In this document: positions 31,796-41,108 of the stretch, one piece after another
How positions within the stretch are numbered: position 1 is the stretch's first letter
Layout of the letters: every line of letters begins with the position of its first letter
NCBI GenBank assembly: GCA_963846105.1
Contig: CAWJUT010000025.1
Location: 341,579-405,578, forward strand
Direction of reading: 5' to 3'
DNA: 64,000 nt
Origin: an uncultured delta proteobacterium
Lineage (GTDB): Bacteria > Desulfobacterota > Binatia > UTPRO1
Notes under the pieces: generated by a model
The model's input: only the letters and a program-made list of their open reading frames with translations
Database searches by the model: none
What the model was told of the DNA's origin: nothing
Translations under genes and position numbers: made by a program

Positions 31796-32890
31796 GTGGG
31801 CGAGAAGCCAACCCCACGCGCGCTCGGATACCGCATGCCGGCCGAGTGGGAGCCGCACGCGGCGACGTGGCTCTCGTGGCCGCGCCGCGAGGGCATCAGC
31901 TTCCCCGGGCACTTCAAGCCGATTCCCGGCTTGTGGCTCCGCATGGTCGAAGCGTTGAGCCACGGCGAGCAGGTGCACATCAACGTCAGCGACGAGGGGC
32001 ACGAACGCGAGGTGCAAGCGCTGCTCAGCCGCTCGTCACGTGTGCAGCGCGCGCAGGTGTTCCTGCATCGCATTCCCACCGACGAGCCGTGGTGCCGCGA
32101 CCACGGGCCGATCTTCGTGGTGCGTGACGGTGCGGCAGCCGGTGGCGACCCGGCCGGTGCTCCGGGCACGGTCTCGCGTGAGGTAGCGATCGTCGATTGG
32201 CGCTACAACGCCTGGGGCGACAAGTACCCGCCCTACGATCGCGACGACCAGGTGCCGGCGCACGTCGCCGCCCTGCTCGGCGTGCCGCGCTTCACGCCGG
32301 GTCTCGTGCTCGAGGGCGGCTCGATCGACGTCAACGGACGCGGCACCCTCCTCACCACCGAGTCGTGTCTGCTCAATCCCAACCGCAACCCCGGGCTCGC
32401 GCGCGGCGAGATCGAAGCCGCGCTGCGCGACTTCCTCGGCGTGCGCACGATCGTCTGGCTCGGCGAGGGCATCGAGGGCGACGACACCGATGGGCACGTC
32501 GACGATCTGAGTCGCTTCGTCGCGCCCGACACCGTCGTCACGGTGGTCGAGGACGATTCCGCCGATCCGAACTATCGCGTGCTGCGTGACAACCTCGAGC
32601 GCCTGCGCGCGGCGCGCGACCAGGACGGCCGTCCGCTCGACGTCATCACCCTGCCGACGCCCGGCGTCGTCACCTGCGAGGGGACGCGCCTGCCGGCGAG
32701 CTATGCAAACTTCTATGTCGCCAACGAGGTGGTGCTGGTACCGGTCTTCGGGCACGCCAACGACGCCCGCGCGCTCGCGACGCTCGGCCGCTGCTTTCCG
32801 TCGCGGCAGGTGCTCGGCATCGAGGCCACCGATCTGGTGTGGGGTCTCGGCGCCTTCCACTGCGTGACGCAGCAGCAACCAGCCGGTTGA
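31796..32890 (+). CDS. aguA: Agmatine deiminase
   Basis: TPRALGYRMPAEWEPHAATWLSWP..., CRDHGPIFVV, catalytic Cys near the C-terminus (GAFHCVTQQQP). GTG start 5 nt after the aguB stop. Confidence 0.8.
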   Translation: MGEKPTPRALGYRMPAEWEPHAATWLSWPRREGISFPGHFKPIPGLWLRMVEALSHGEQVHINVSDEGHEREVQALLSRSSRVQRAQVFLHRIPTDEPWCRDHGPIFVVRDGAAAGGDPAGAPGTVSREVAIVDWRYNAWGDKYPPYDRDDQVPAHVAALLGVPRFTPGLVLEGGSIDVNGRGTLLTTESCLLNPNRNPGLARGEIEAALRDFLGVRTIVWLGEGIEGDDTDGHVDDLSRFVAPDTVVTVVEDDSADPNYRVLRDNLERLRAARDQDGRPLDVITLPTPGVVTCEGTRLPASYANFYVANEVVLVPVFGHANDARALATLGRCFPSRQVLGIEATDLVWGLGAFHCVTQQQPAG

Positions 32891-32970
32891 CGATCTGCTG
32901 GACGGGGGCGATTCCGCACTCGATCGAGTGCGATCTTTCCGGTTGACTGGATCGCCGGGCAGCCGCCAAG

Positions 32971-34857
32971 ATGGATGGACGCGACCGGACCGCCGGCCGT
33001 GTGGAGGATAGACCGACGCCGAACGTGCCGTCCCACAAGAGCTTTCTGCATCTGCGTGCGCTGCTGATCGCCGCCATCGGTGCGCTGATCGTGGTCGCCG
33101 GCGCGCCTTCGGCGCGTGCCCAGGGGCTTCCCGATCCGGACGAGGCGAAGGCTGCGAGTACGTGTCACAAAGCGATCGGCAAGGCGGCTGCGTCTTTCGC
33201 CAGCAAGAAACTGAAGCACCTCCGCAAATGCATCGACACGGTCTTCGCCTGCGTGCAGCTGAAGAACAGCTCCGTCGAGTGTCTCGACAAGGCCGACGTC
33301 ACCTGCACCAAGGAGTTCAACAAGATCCAGTCGACCGACATTCCCAAGCTCGAGGAGGCGATCGCGAGACGCTGCAGCGCCGACAAGATCTCCTACGACT
33401 CGCTGAGCATGGCGACCGGCGCGGACCTCGACGCGCTCACCAATGAATGCCCGGGTTTGCAAGTCCCGCCGCCGTTCAACTCGCTGGACAAGTACCTGGA
33501 GTGCGTCCGGAAGCATCACGAGTGCAACGCGGAGGAGTTGCTGCGCTACGAGGCGCCGCGTGCCGAGGAGCTGCTCGCGATGGTGAACCATCCGCTGCGC
33601 AGCGACTTCTGCGTGCCGCCGACACCGACGCCCACCCGCACGCGCACGCCGACGCCGACGCGCACCCGTACGCCGACGCCGACCATGACGCCCTCGCTGC
33701 CGCCGTCGACGGAGACGCCCACGCCGCCGCCGCCGACGGCAACCGCCGAGACGCCGACACCCAGCCCGACTCCGACGGAGACGGCCACCGAGACGCCGTC
33801 ACCGACGCCGACGCCTACCAGTACGGCTCCGACGCCGACGCCCACCGTCACGGCGACGCCGAACCCGTTCAACTTCACGTTCGTGACCTCGACCACTGCA
33901 CAACGGCAACCTGGGCGGTCTCGTTCGGCGCCGACGCGATCTGCGCCGCGCGCGCGCTCGACGCCTCGCCGGCGCTGCCTGCCGGGACCTACAAGGCCTG
34001 GCTGTCGACCGACGCCGTCGATGCCTTCACGCGCCTCGGCGGCGGCGCAGGGATTCATCAGGGTCGACGGGACGCCGTTCGCGAACACGGTCTCGGACAT
34101 CGTCACCAACAAGATCTTCAATCCGATCCACCTCGATGAGAACGGCGTCGACGTCGGGCACGGCCCCGGTCTGGACGGGGACCACGAAGAACGGCACCGA
34201 GTCGGTGGGATCCAAGTGCACCGACTGGACGGTCTCGGCGTCGGGCGAGCGGACTGGCGGGCACACGCAAGGCGGACCGGCGTCCTGGACGCAGGATCAG
34301 AACACCGACTGCGTCGGCTCGCGGCGACTGCGCTGCTTCATGGTCGACCGCACCGCCAACCTCGCGCCGCCGCCGGCGTCGGGAAACATCGCGTTCGCGA
34401 CGCTCGCGGGCTTCACGCCGGGAGGCGCCGGGCTGGTCGCGGCCGACGAGCTGTGCGCGAACGAGGCGTCCGGCGGCGGGCCTTCCGGGCACCTACAAAG
34501 CGTTGATGGCGACCAGCACAGCGTCCGCGGCGTCGCGCTTCACCCCCGCCGCCGCCTACGTCCGGCCCGACGGCACTCTGATCGGCTCGGGCGCGAGATC
34601 ACCGCCGGCGGGCATCATCCCGAGCGGCATCTGGCAGACCGCCAACGGCACGTACTGAACAGCGCCAGCGAGGCGGCGTGGACCGGAGCGTCGACGCCGG
34701 GGCCGTCGGCACGCTCGACATCGACCTGCGACGACTGGACACTGACCACTTCGCTCCAGGGCACCTTCGGATTCGCGACCTACGCGATGCGGCCTGGTGG
34801 AACTTCGGCACCCGCAACTGCAACGTCGGACTGCACGTCTACTGCCTCCAGGAGTAG
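32971..34857 (+). CDS. Secreted protein: N-terminal C-x-K-x-I...LK-x4-C Cys module, long Pro/Thr linker, and two tandem DUF1554-like domains (three or more frameshifts)
   Basis: Signal peptide ALLIAAIGALIVVAGAPSARA. CHKAIGKAAASFASKKLKHLRKC. PTPTRTRTPTPT linker. DUF1554 hallmarks FVTSTT..GNLGG..GADAICAA...YKAW.S, VWTGTT...C.DWT, RLRCFMVD, and a terminal HVYCLQE. Spans frames 32971.., 33447.., 34136.. and a fourth. Confidence 0.55.
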
Positions 34858-34995
34858 CGGCGCCTTCTTCGACGGCTGGGTCGTAGGTTCGGTTTCCGAC
34901 CCACGGCCGATCGCTGTCCCGGCTGGACTCAGCGCGGGGACGGGATCACCATACGCGCCGGTCGAACCCATTCCCGCTACCCAAAGGAGAGGCCC

Positions 34996-35601
34996 ATGAA
35001 GCTCTACTACGTTCCGCAGACGCGCGCCGGACGGCCACGCTGGCTGCTCGAGGAGATCGGAGCTCCGTACGAGCTCGTTCGCCTCGACATGTCGAAGGGC
35101 GAGCACAAGAAGTCCGAGTATCTGAAGATCCATCCCCACGGCGTCGTGCCGGCGTTCGTCGACGGTGACGTCGCGATGTTCGAGTCGGCGGCGATCTGCA
35201 TGTACCTCGCCGACAAATTCCCCGAGAAGCGTCTCGCGCCGCCCGTCGGTACGCCGGCGCGCGCGCTCTACTACCAGTGGATGGTGTACACGATGGCGAC
35301 CCTGGAGCCGCCGCTGGTGCAGGTCTTCATGAACACCGTGATGCTGCCGGAGGCCGAGCGCTCGGCGGAAGCGGTGGAGAAGGGACGCACGCAGTTCAAG
35401 GCTGTCGCCGGTGTGCTCGAGCAAGCGCTCAGCGGGCGCACGTTCATCCTCGGCGAGCAGTTCTCGGCCGCCGACGTCATGGTCGGCAGCACGCTGCTCT
35501 GGGCGAACTTCATGGGGCTGGTCGCCGGGTACCCGGCGCTCGAGGACTACGTGAAGCGTCTCTCCGAGCGGCCCGCGGTGCAGCGCGCCCGCGCCGACTG
35601 A
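34996..35601 (+). CDS. Glutathione S-transferase
   Basis: MKLYYVPQTRAGRPRWLLEEIG...HPHGVVPAFVDGD..MFESAAICMYLADKF, N-terminal thioredoxin fold plus alpha-helical C-domain. Confidence 0.9.
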   Translation: MKLYYVPQTRAGRPRWLLEEIGAPYELVRLDMSKGEHKKSEYLKIHPHGVVPAFVDGDVAMFESAAICMYLADKFPEKRLAPPVGTPARALYYQWMVYTMATLEPPLVQVFMNTVMLPEAERSAEAVEKGRTQFKAVAGVLEQALSGRTFILGEQFSAADVMVGSTLLWANFMGLVAGYPALEDYVKRLSERPAVQRARAD

Positions 35602-35996
35602 GCCGCGAGGAAGAGGCGCATCGGGAGCAGCTCGCGCGTCACCGGATTCAGCATCAGACCCAGGCTCTCGAGGGTGAAGGCGCCGAGAAGTGGCGTCGCA
35701 CCCTCGGGGGCGAAGACGACCTGCGAGGTCCGGCCCTTCGTGCCGAGATCGAAGAACGCCTCGCCGACGTCGTAGGCCTGGTGCGTGCCATCGGCGAGCG
35801 TGAACTCCTGGCGTTCCAGCCGGATGATGCCGAGACTCTCCAGCGTGCCAGCCGGCACCGTGCTGTAGATCGCGCCGGTGTCGATGAGAAACTCCAGCTC
35901 GACTGCGCCGAGGTCGGGCCTTCGCGGATTGGACACCCTGACGGAAGTGAAGGTGATCCCCACGGTCGGCACGATAGGAGGTTTGGTTCCCGCCAT
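35547..35996 (-). CDS. Retropepsin-like (clan AA) aspartic protease domain protein
   Basis: LIDTGA active-site motif, ~150 aa. The 3' end overlaps the GST gene, so the end is uncertain. Confidence 0.5.
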   Translation of the reverse strand: MAGTKPPIVPTVGITFTSVRVSNPRRPDLGAVELEFLIDTGAIYSTVPAGTLESLGIIRLERQEFTLADGTHQAYDVGEAFFDLGTKGRTSQVVFAPEGATPLLGAFTLESLGLMLNPVTRELLPMRLFLAAQSARARCTAGRSERRFT

Positions 35997-36096
35997 CGAG
36001 ACTACGAGTACCCCTGTCCGCGGGCCGATGGCAACTCGCCGTTGACGTGCTGGGCGGCCGAGATGCGCCGACCGGCATTGCGTCCGACACGCGGCT

Positions 36097-36612
36097 GTGG
36101 CTATGCAGGGCGCCATGGCAACCAGGAGCGCGCGCCAGCCTCCAGCGAGAAGGAAGGCCCGGCCGAAGGTCGAGCCTCGCGCGATCTACACTCCGCGTCC
36201 ATTGCTCACCCGTGAGGAGATGACCAAGGCGGTGATCGAGCTCGCCAACACGCTCGCGCCGGCCGACATCGATGATCTCTTCGCCGAGGAGCAATCGGTG
36301 CGCGACCGTGCCGCGCGCCTCGATGGTGCGCCGGGACGCCTCCTGCGCGCTCAGCTCGACCTCGCGCTCATGTGTCTACGCGACCATCAGAAACGCACGT
36401 GCCCCCAGATTCCCTTCTACACGATCAGTCTGCTGGCGGCGGGCGTCGCTTATCTCGGCGAGAAGATCGATCTGATCCCGGACGACTTGCCGCACGACGG
36501 CACCCTCGACGACGCGCTCGTGATGGCGATCGCGTTCGAGCTCGCCAAGGATGGTCTGCGCCGCTACTGCACGTGGAAGGGCGTCTCGCTCGATCCTGAC
36601 GCGCAGCGATGA
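36097..36612 (+). CDS. YkvA/DUF1232 family membrane protein
   Basis: DLIPDDLPHDGTLDDALVMAIAFELA matches the DUF1232 motif DxIPDxIPxxGYLDDxxV. Confidence 0.55.
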   Translation: MAMQGAMATRSARQPPARRKARPKVEPRAIYTPRPLLTREEMTKAVIELANTLAPADIDDLFAEEQSVRDRAARLDGAPGRLLRAQLDLALMCLRDHQKRTCPQIPFYTISLLAAGVAYLGEKIDLIPDDLPHDGTLDDALVMAIAFELAKDGLRRYCTWKGVSLDPDAQR

Positions 36613-37426
36613 AGCTCGGCCTCTGTCTCCGCAACATGGGGCCGCAGTCGACCCCTCAGGTCGTGCTCGCATGCGCGCGCGCCGCGGAAGCCGCCGGTCT
36701 CGACGATCTCTGGGTCGCCGACCACATCGCGATCCCGCCGGACAACGCCGAGGGCTCGGGCGGACGCTATCTCGATCCCCTGGCTACGCTGGCATTCCTG
36801 GCCGGCGCGACGACGCGGATTGCGCTCGGAACCGGCGTCCTCGTGCTTCCCTACCGTCCGCCGCTCGCGACCGCCAAATGGGTGGCGACGATCCAGGAGC
36901 TCTCGGGCGGACGTCTTCTCTTCGGCGTCGGTGTCGGGTGGATGGAGCCCGAGTTCCGTGCGCTCGGTGTTCCGTACGCCAAGCGCGCCGCGATCACCGA
37001 TGCGACGCTCGAGTTTCTCCGCCGTTGCTTCGAGCGCGACGAGGTCGAGGCCAACGGGCAGCCGTTTCTCTTCCTGCCTCGACCAGCGCGGCCGCCGATC
37101 ATCGTCGGCGGCGCGCCCCCCACGCGCTGCGGCGTGCCGTCCGCTTCGGCGACGGTTGGATGCCGATGGGAACGGAGCCGAAGGCGGTGCGGGCGCCGAT
37201 CGCCGAGCTGCGCGAGCTCGCCGCGGCGGCGGGACGCCCGGCGCCCGAGGTCGTCCAGCTCACCACCCTGCCGCTCGACGATCCGCCGGCGGCGGCGGCG
37301 TTGGCGCGCGCGTTCGCGGAGGTCGGCGTGACGCGGCTCGCGCACGGCGTGGCGTTATCCCGATGCGGCGGCGTTCGCGCGCGCCGTGGAGGTGATCGCG
37401 GGGCCGGTGCGGGCAGCGCTCGACTA
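36609..37426 (+). CDS. LLM-class (luciferase-like) flavin/F420-dependent oxidoreductase (frameshifted)
   Basis: MKLGLCL...DDLWVADH...RIALGTGVLVLPYRPPL..AKWVATIQELSGGRLLFGVGVGWMEPEF. The C-terminal part continues in frame 36551.. Confidence 0.7.
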
Positions 37427-37448
37427 GTCGGCGTCGCCGACGCGCGCC

Positions 37449-37982
37449 TCAGCGCTCGCGTGTCGTCAAAGCCGCGACGATCGCATCGCACGCCTGATCG
37501 GCGAGCGCGGCCATCTCGTCGTCGGTACGGTCCTGAATGGGATGCGGCACGAAGACGCGCGCCACGTCCGGCATGCCGAGCGCGTCGGCCTGGACCTGCG
37601 CCGCGCCCCGGAACTCGTCGGAGGCGACGAAGACCGCCGGCTTCCCTTCACCCTCGAAGAATGTCGTGTCGTGCACACTGCACGTCGTGCACGACCCTCA
37701 ATCGGCGAGCGCCTCGATCACGAAGTCGCACTGGGTCGCGATCTGCCGGCGCAGGTCCTGCGGCGCCGGTCGCGTGAAGGTGGGCTTGCTGTAGCGCTGC
37801 ACGTCGATGCCGCGCGCGCGCAGGTGCGTCTCGAGGCGATCGAGGAACACGTCGCCGCGCGGCTTGCGGATGTCGAGCAAGCCGACGACGCCGCTGAGCG
37901 CCGCGGGGCGCCGCACCGGCGTCCGCCGGACCGGGCTGCGCTCGTCGGTCGGATCGAGCACGATACGATCACTCATGGGCAA
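37449..37982 (-). CDS. Candidate UGSC-family selenoprotein. The in-frame TGA at ~37698..37700 is read as Sec: ...FVIEALAD-U-GSCTTCSVHD...
   Basis: ORFs 37698..37982 and 37449..37676 are in the same frame, separated only by one TGA. The motif U-G-S-C is created. A 9-bp perfect hairpin (GUCGUGCAC-N10-GUGCACGAC) starts 2 nt after the UGA, consistent with a bacterial SECIS. Confidence 0.5.
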
Positions 37983-38088
37983 ACCTCGCTTGATGGTTAC
38001 GTCTTGCGTGGCGTGAAATGCAAGCCCGCTACTCGTACCCCCGTGCCCAACGTTCCTGATCGCCTGCCACCCGTGCTAGGCTCCGGCC

Positions 38089-38658
38089 ATGGGGCAAGCG
38101 CGCAGGAAGGCAACCTACGACGACCTCATCGCGGTTCCCGAGCACCTGGTGGCGGAGATCATCGACGGCGAGCTCTACACCAGTCCGCGTCCCGCAACCC
38201 CTCACGCGCTCGCCGAGATCGCACTCGGCAGCGTGCTCTTCGATCGCTTCAATCGGCCGACCGACGGCCCTGACGCGCCGGGCGGCTGGTGGATCCTGAA
38301 CGAGCCCGAGCTGCATCTCGGCGAGGACGTGCTCGTGCCTGACCATGCCGGGTGGCGGCGCGAGCGCTTGGCTGTCTTCCCGAAGACGGCCGCGTTCACG
38401 CTCGCACCCGACTGGGTGTGCGAGATCGTGTCGCCACACACGGGCACGCTCGATCGCAAGCGCAAGATGCCGATCTACGCGCGCGAGCAGGTGCGCCACC
38501 TGTGGATCGTCGATCCGATTCTTCGCACGCTCGAGGTCTATCGGCTCGAGGGCGAGCGGTGGGTGGTCGTCGGAGCGCACGGCGGAGCGGAGACGGCGCG
38601 CGCCGAGCCTTTCGAGCGTGTGGAGCTCGACATGGCGCGCTGGTGGGGCGAGTCGTAG
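38089..38658 (+). CDS. Uma2 family (DUF820) putative restriction-endonuclease-like protein
   Basis: ATYDDL..VPEHLVAEIIDGELY.SP.P...H, VPDHAGW, APDWVCEIVSP, YAREQVRHLWIVDP. Confidence 0.85.
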   Translation: MGQARRKATYDDLIAVPEHLVAEIIDGELYTSPRPATPHALAEIALGSVLFDRFNRPTDGPDAPGGWWILNEPELHLGEDVLVPDHAGWRRERLAVFPKTAAFTLAPDWVCEIVSPHTGTLDRKRKMPIYAREQVRHLWIVDPILRTLEVYRLEGERWVVVGAHGGAETARAEPFERVELDMARWWGES

Positions 38659-38671
38659 GCTCCGAGCTTCC

Positions 38672-40306
38672 CTAGACCTCGATCTTCCGCGTCGTCATCT
38701 GCGAGCCCATGTCGCCGGCGACCCAGCCGCCGATGATCGCCGAGAACATGCCGGCGTCGCTGCCGGCGACGACGATGGTGAGCTGGTCGTCGGTGCGGAA
38801 CTTCGCGAGCGGCATGTCGAGCATGGCGGCCGGCGGCTCGCCGGTGATGCCGAAGATCTTGAGGGGCATGCCTTCGGCGCAGCGCTCGTCCGGCAGCAAC
38901 TCGCGGAGCGGCCGCGCCGTCACCGCCTGGATGGCGCGGCGGATCTCGGCCTTGCCCCAGCCGTCGGCGGCGCACTTCTGCACGTGCTCGGGCGCCAGCA
39001 CCAGGACGGCGTCGACCAGCCCATGGAGCTTGTGATGCATGACGGTCGCGAGCGCGCGCTCCAGCGACTCGCAGAGGCTCTGCGCGGTGCGGCTCGCCTG
39101 ATCCATGACGGCCCGCGGCGCTTCACCGGCGAAGAGCGTCACCGTCGAGTCCTCACGCGCGAAGCCGCGCTCGACGTGGAGCGGGTCCCACGGGCTCGCC
39201 TCTTCGTTCTCCGCGAAGCAGTAGGTGTACTTGCCGGGGTGTCCGAGCGTGCACTTGTCGATCTCGCCAGGACGGCCGCCGCCGAGATTGCGAATCACCA
39301 GCGGCAGCGCGCGCCCGATGGTCGCGTTGGCGCGGTTGCCTTGTCCGAGCGCGTTGTGGCCGGCGTTCATGCCGATCGCGTGGCGGATCGGTCCGTTGAC
39401 GATGATGAGCGGCGCCGGGAAGTAGGTCGTGGCGACGACGCCGTGCAGGTTGAAGCGCTCCTCGCACGCCGCTTCGACGCTGGCGAGCACGACCGGGAAG
39501 TACTCCGGCTTGCAGCCCGCCATGACGGCGTTGATCGCCACCTTCTCGACCGTGACCGGCACGAGGTTCGGCGGCACGACGGCGACGATCTCCTGCGGAT
39601 GCCGGCGCGTGCCCTCGAGCATGCGGAGCACGCGGCCTTCGGTGGGCGGTACGATGGGAAGGCCGTCGGTGAGCCCCTTGGCGAAGAAGAGCTCGACGGC
39701 GTCGTCGAGGTCGCCGACCTCGATCCGCCGTGCCACGAGGGTAGCGCCGGCGCGTTCCGCCTCGAGGCGCTTGGCGATGTCGGGATCGAACGTGCGCGAC
39801 CCGCAGCCCGGACGGAAGTCAGGCACGGCGTCGGCGGGGGCGATGATCTCCGGCGCCGCGACGCCGAGCTCGGCGGCGGCCGCGCCCGCGAGCGCGTCGA
39901 AGTCGGCGCGCGCCCAGCCCTCGAACGCCGCCCGGACGTTTCCCGCGAGATCGGTGAGCACCAGAGTGGGGACGACCTCGATCTCGTAGGCCGCCGAGAC
40001 CCGGCACGCCGAGTCATCGAGAAGCGGGAAGCCGAGACCGTGGCGCGCCGCGAAGGCCTCGGTGTCGGCGCGCGCGCTCTGGCAAACGCCGCGCACGCGC
40101 ACGCCCGCCGGTCCGAGGCTGCGATGCAGGCGCTCGACGAGCGGCAGCACCAGCTCGCAGGTGGCGCAATTGTGCTTCCAGAAGACCAGCAGCTCGAGGC
40201 GCACGGCGCCCGCGGCGGTAGCGGCGCCGCTCGCGAACCCATGCGCCGCGCCGCTGAATTCGTCGAGCGTGAAGGGCGGGGCCGCGAGCCCGGGCGCGAG
40301 CCGCAT
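38672..40306 (-). CDS. Fusion protein: N-terminal thioredoxin-fold domain (CxxC = CATC) plus a large uncharacterised C-terminal domain
   Basis: VRLELLVFWKHNCATCELVLPLVERL...VRGVCQS...AARHGLGFPLLDDS (redoxin/TlpA-like). The C-terminal ~400 aa (…CTLGHPGKYTYCFAENEE…) has no family recognised by me. Confidence 0.55.
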   Translation of the reverse strand: MRLAPGLAAPPFTLDEFSGAAHGFASGAATAAGAVRLELLVFWKHNCATCELVLPLVERLHRSLGPAGVRVRGVCQSARADTEAFAARHGLGFPLLDDSACRVSAAYEIEVVPTLVLTDLAGNVRAAFEGWARADFDALAGAAAAELGVAAPEIIAPADAVPDFRPGCGSRTFDPDIAKRLEAERAGATLVARRIEVGDLDDAVELFFAKGLTDGLPIVPPTEGRVLRMLEGTRRHPQEIVAVVPPNLVPVTVEKVAINAVMAGCKPEYFPVVLASVEAACEERFNLHGVVATTYFPAPLIIVNGPIRHAIGMNAGHNALGQGNRANATIGRALPLVIRNLGGGRPGEIDKCTLGHPGKYTYCFAENEEASPWDPLHVERGFAREDSTVTLFAGEAPRAVMDQASRTAQSLCESLERALATVMHHKLHGLVDAVLVLAPEHVQKCAADGWGKAEIRRAIQAVTARPLRELLPDERCAEGMPLKIFGITGEPPAAMLDMPLAKFRTDDQLTIVVAGSDAGMFSAIIGGWVAGDMGSQMTTRKIEV

Positions 40307-40315
40307 GCGCCGCCT

Positions 40316-41099
40316 CAGCGCAGGTGGAAGAGGCCGGAGGTCGGCCCGCCGTCCACCGAGAGCGTCTGGCCGGTCACGTACGACGATGCCTCCGACGCGA
40401 AGAAGATGCACGGCCAGGCGATCTCTTCGACCCGTCCGAGGCGGTCGAGCGCCGTCGAGCGCTCGACGGCGCGGCGGATCTCGGGGGTCGGCCAGGTGCG
40501 ATCGCCGGATTCGGGCGTGTCGATCGGACCAGGGGCGATGCAGTTGACGAGGATGCCGTGGCGGCGCCCACTCGGCGGCGTGCGAGCGTGTGAGGTTGAT
40601 CACGCCGGCTTTGGCGGCGCCGTAGTGACTCATGCCCGGGGAGCCGTCGACGCCCGCCTCGGACGACATGTTGATGATACGGCCGGGGGTCTTGGCGGCG
40701 ATCCAGCGTCGCACCGCGGCGCGCGAGCAGAGAAACGTCCCGGTCAGGTTGATCGCGACGATGGTCGCGAATCCGTTCGGGCTCATCTCCTCGGCGCGCT
40801 GAAAGAAGCTCGCGCCATGGTTGTTGATGAGCACGTCGAGCCGTCCGAAGGCGTCGTAGGCGCGGGCGACCATCGCCTCGACCTGCGCGGCGTCACGGAC
40901 GTCGCAGATCGACGCTCTCGACGGTGCCCCCGCCGGAACGGATGTCCGCCGCCACCGGATCGAGATGCTCGGCGCTGCGGCTGGCGATCAGCACCTGCGC
41001 GCCACGGGCCGCGAACTCGCGCGCGATCGCGGCGCCGATGCCGGTGCCGCCGCCGGTCACGATCACCGCCTTGCCGGCGACACTGAAGGGATCGTGCAC
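40316..41099 (-). CDS. Short-chain dehydrogenase/reductase (SDR) (frameshifted)
   Basis: AVIVTGGGTGIGAAIA (TGxxxGIG), NNHG, S...YGAAK catalytic motif, PGPIDT. Fragments lie in frames 40893..41099 and 38672..40873. Confidence 0.75.
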
Positions 41100-41108
41100 G
41101 GGAGGCTA

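Noticed and set aside
37698-37700. Alternative reading of the in-frame TGA as a sequencing error or genuine pseudogene rather than Sec
   Set aside because: Not fully rejected. This window's errors are mostly indels rather than substitutions, and the UGSC motif plus adjacent hairpin are hard to explain by chance. The call is kept at moderate confidence
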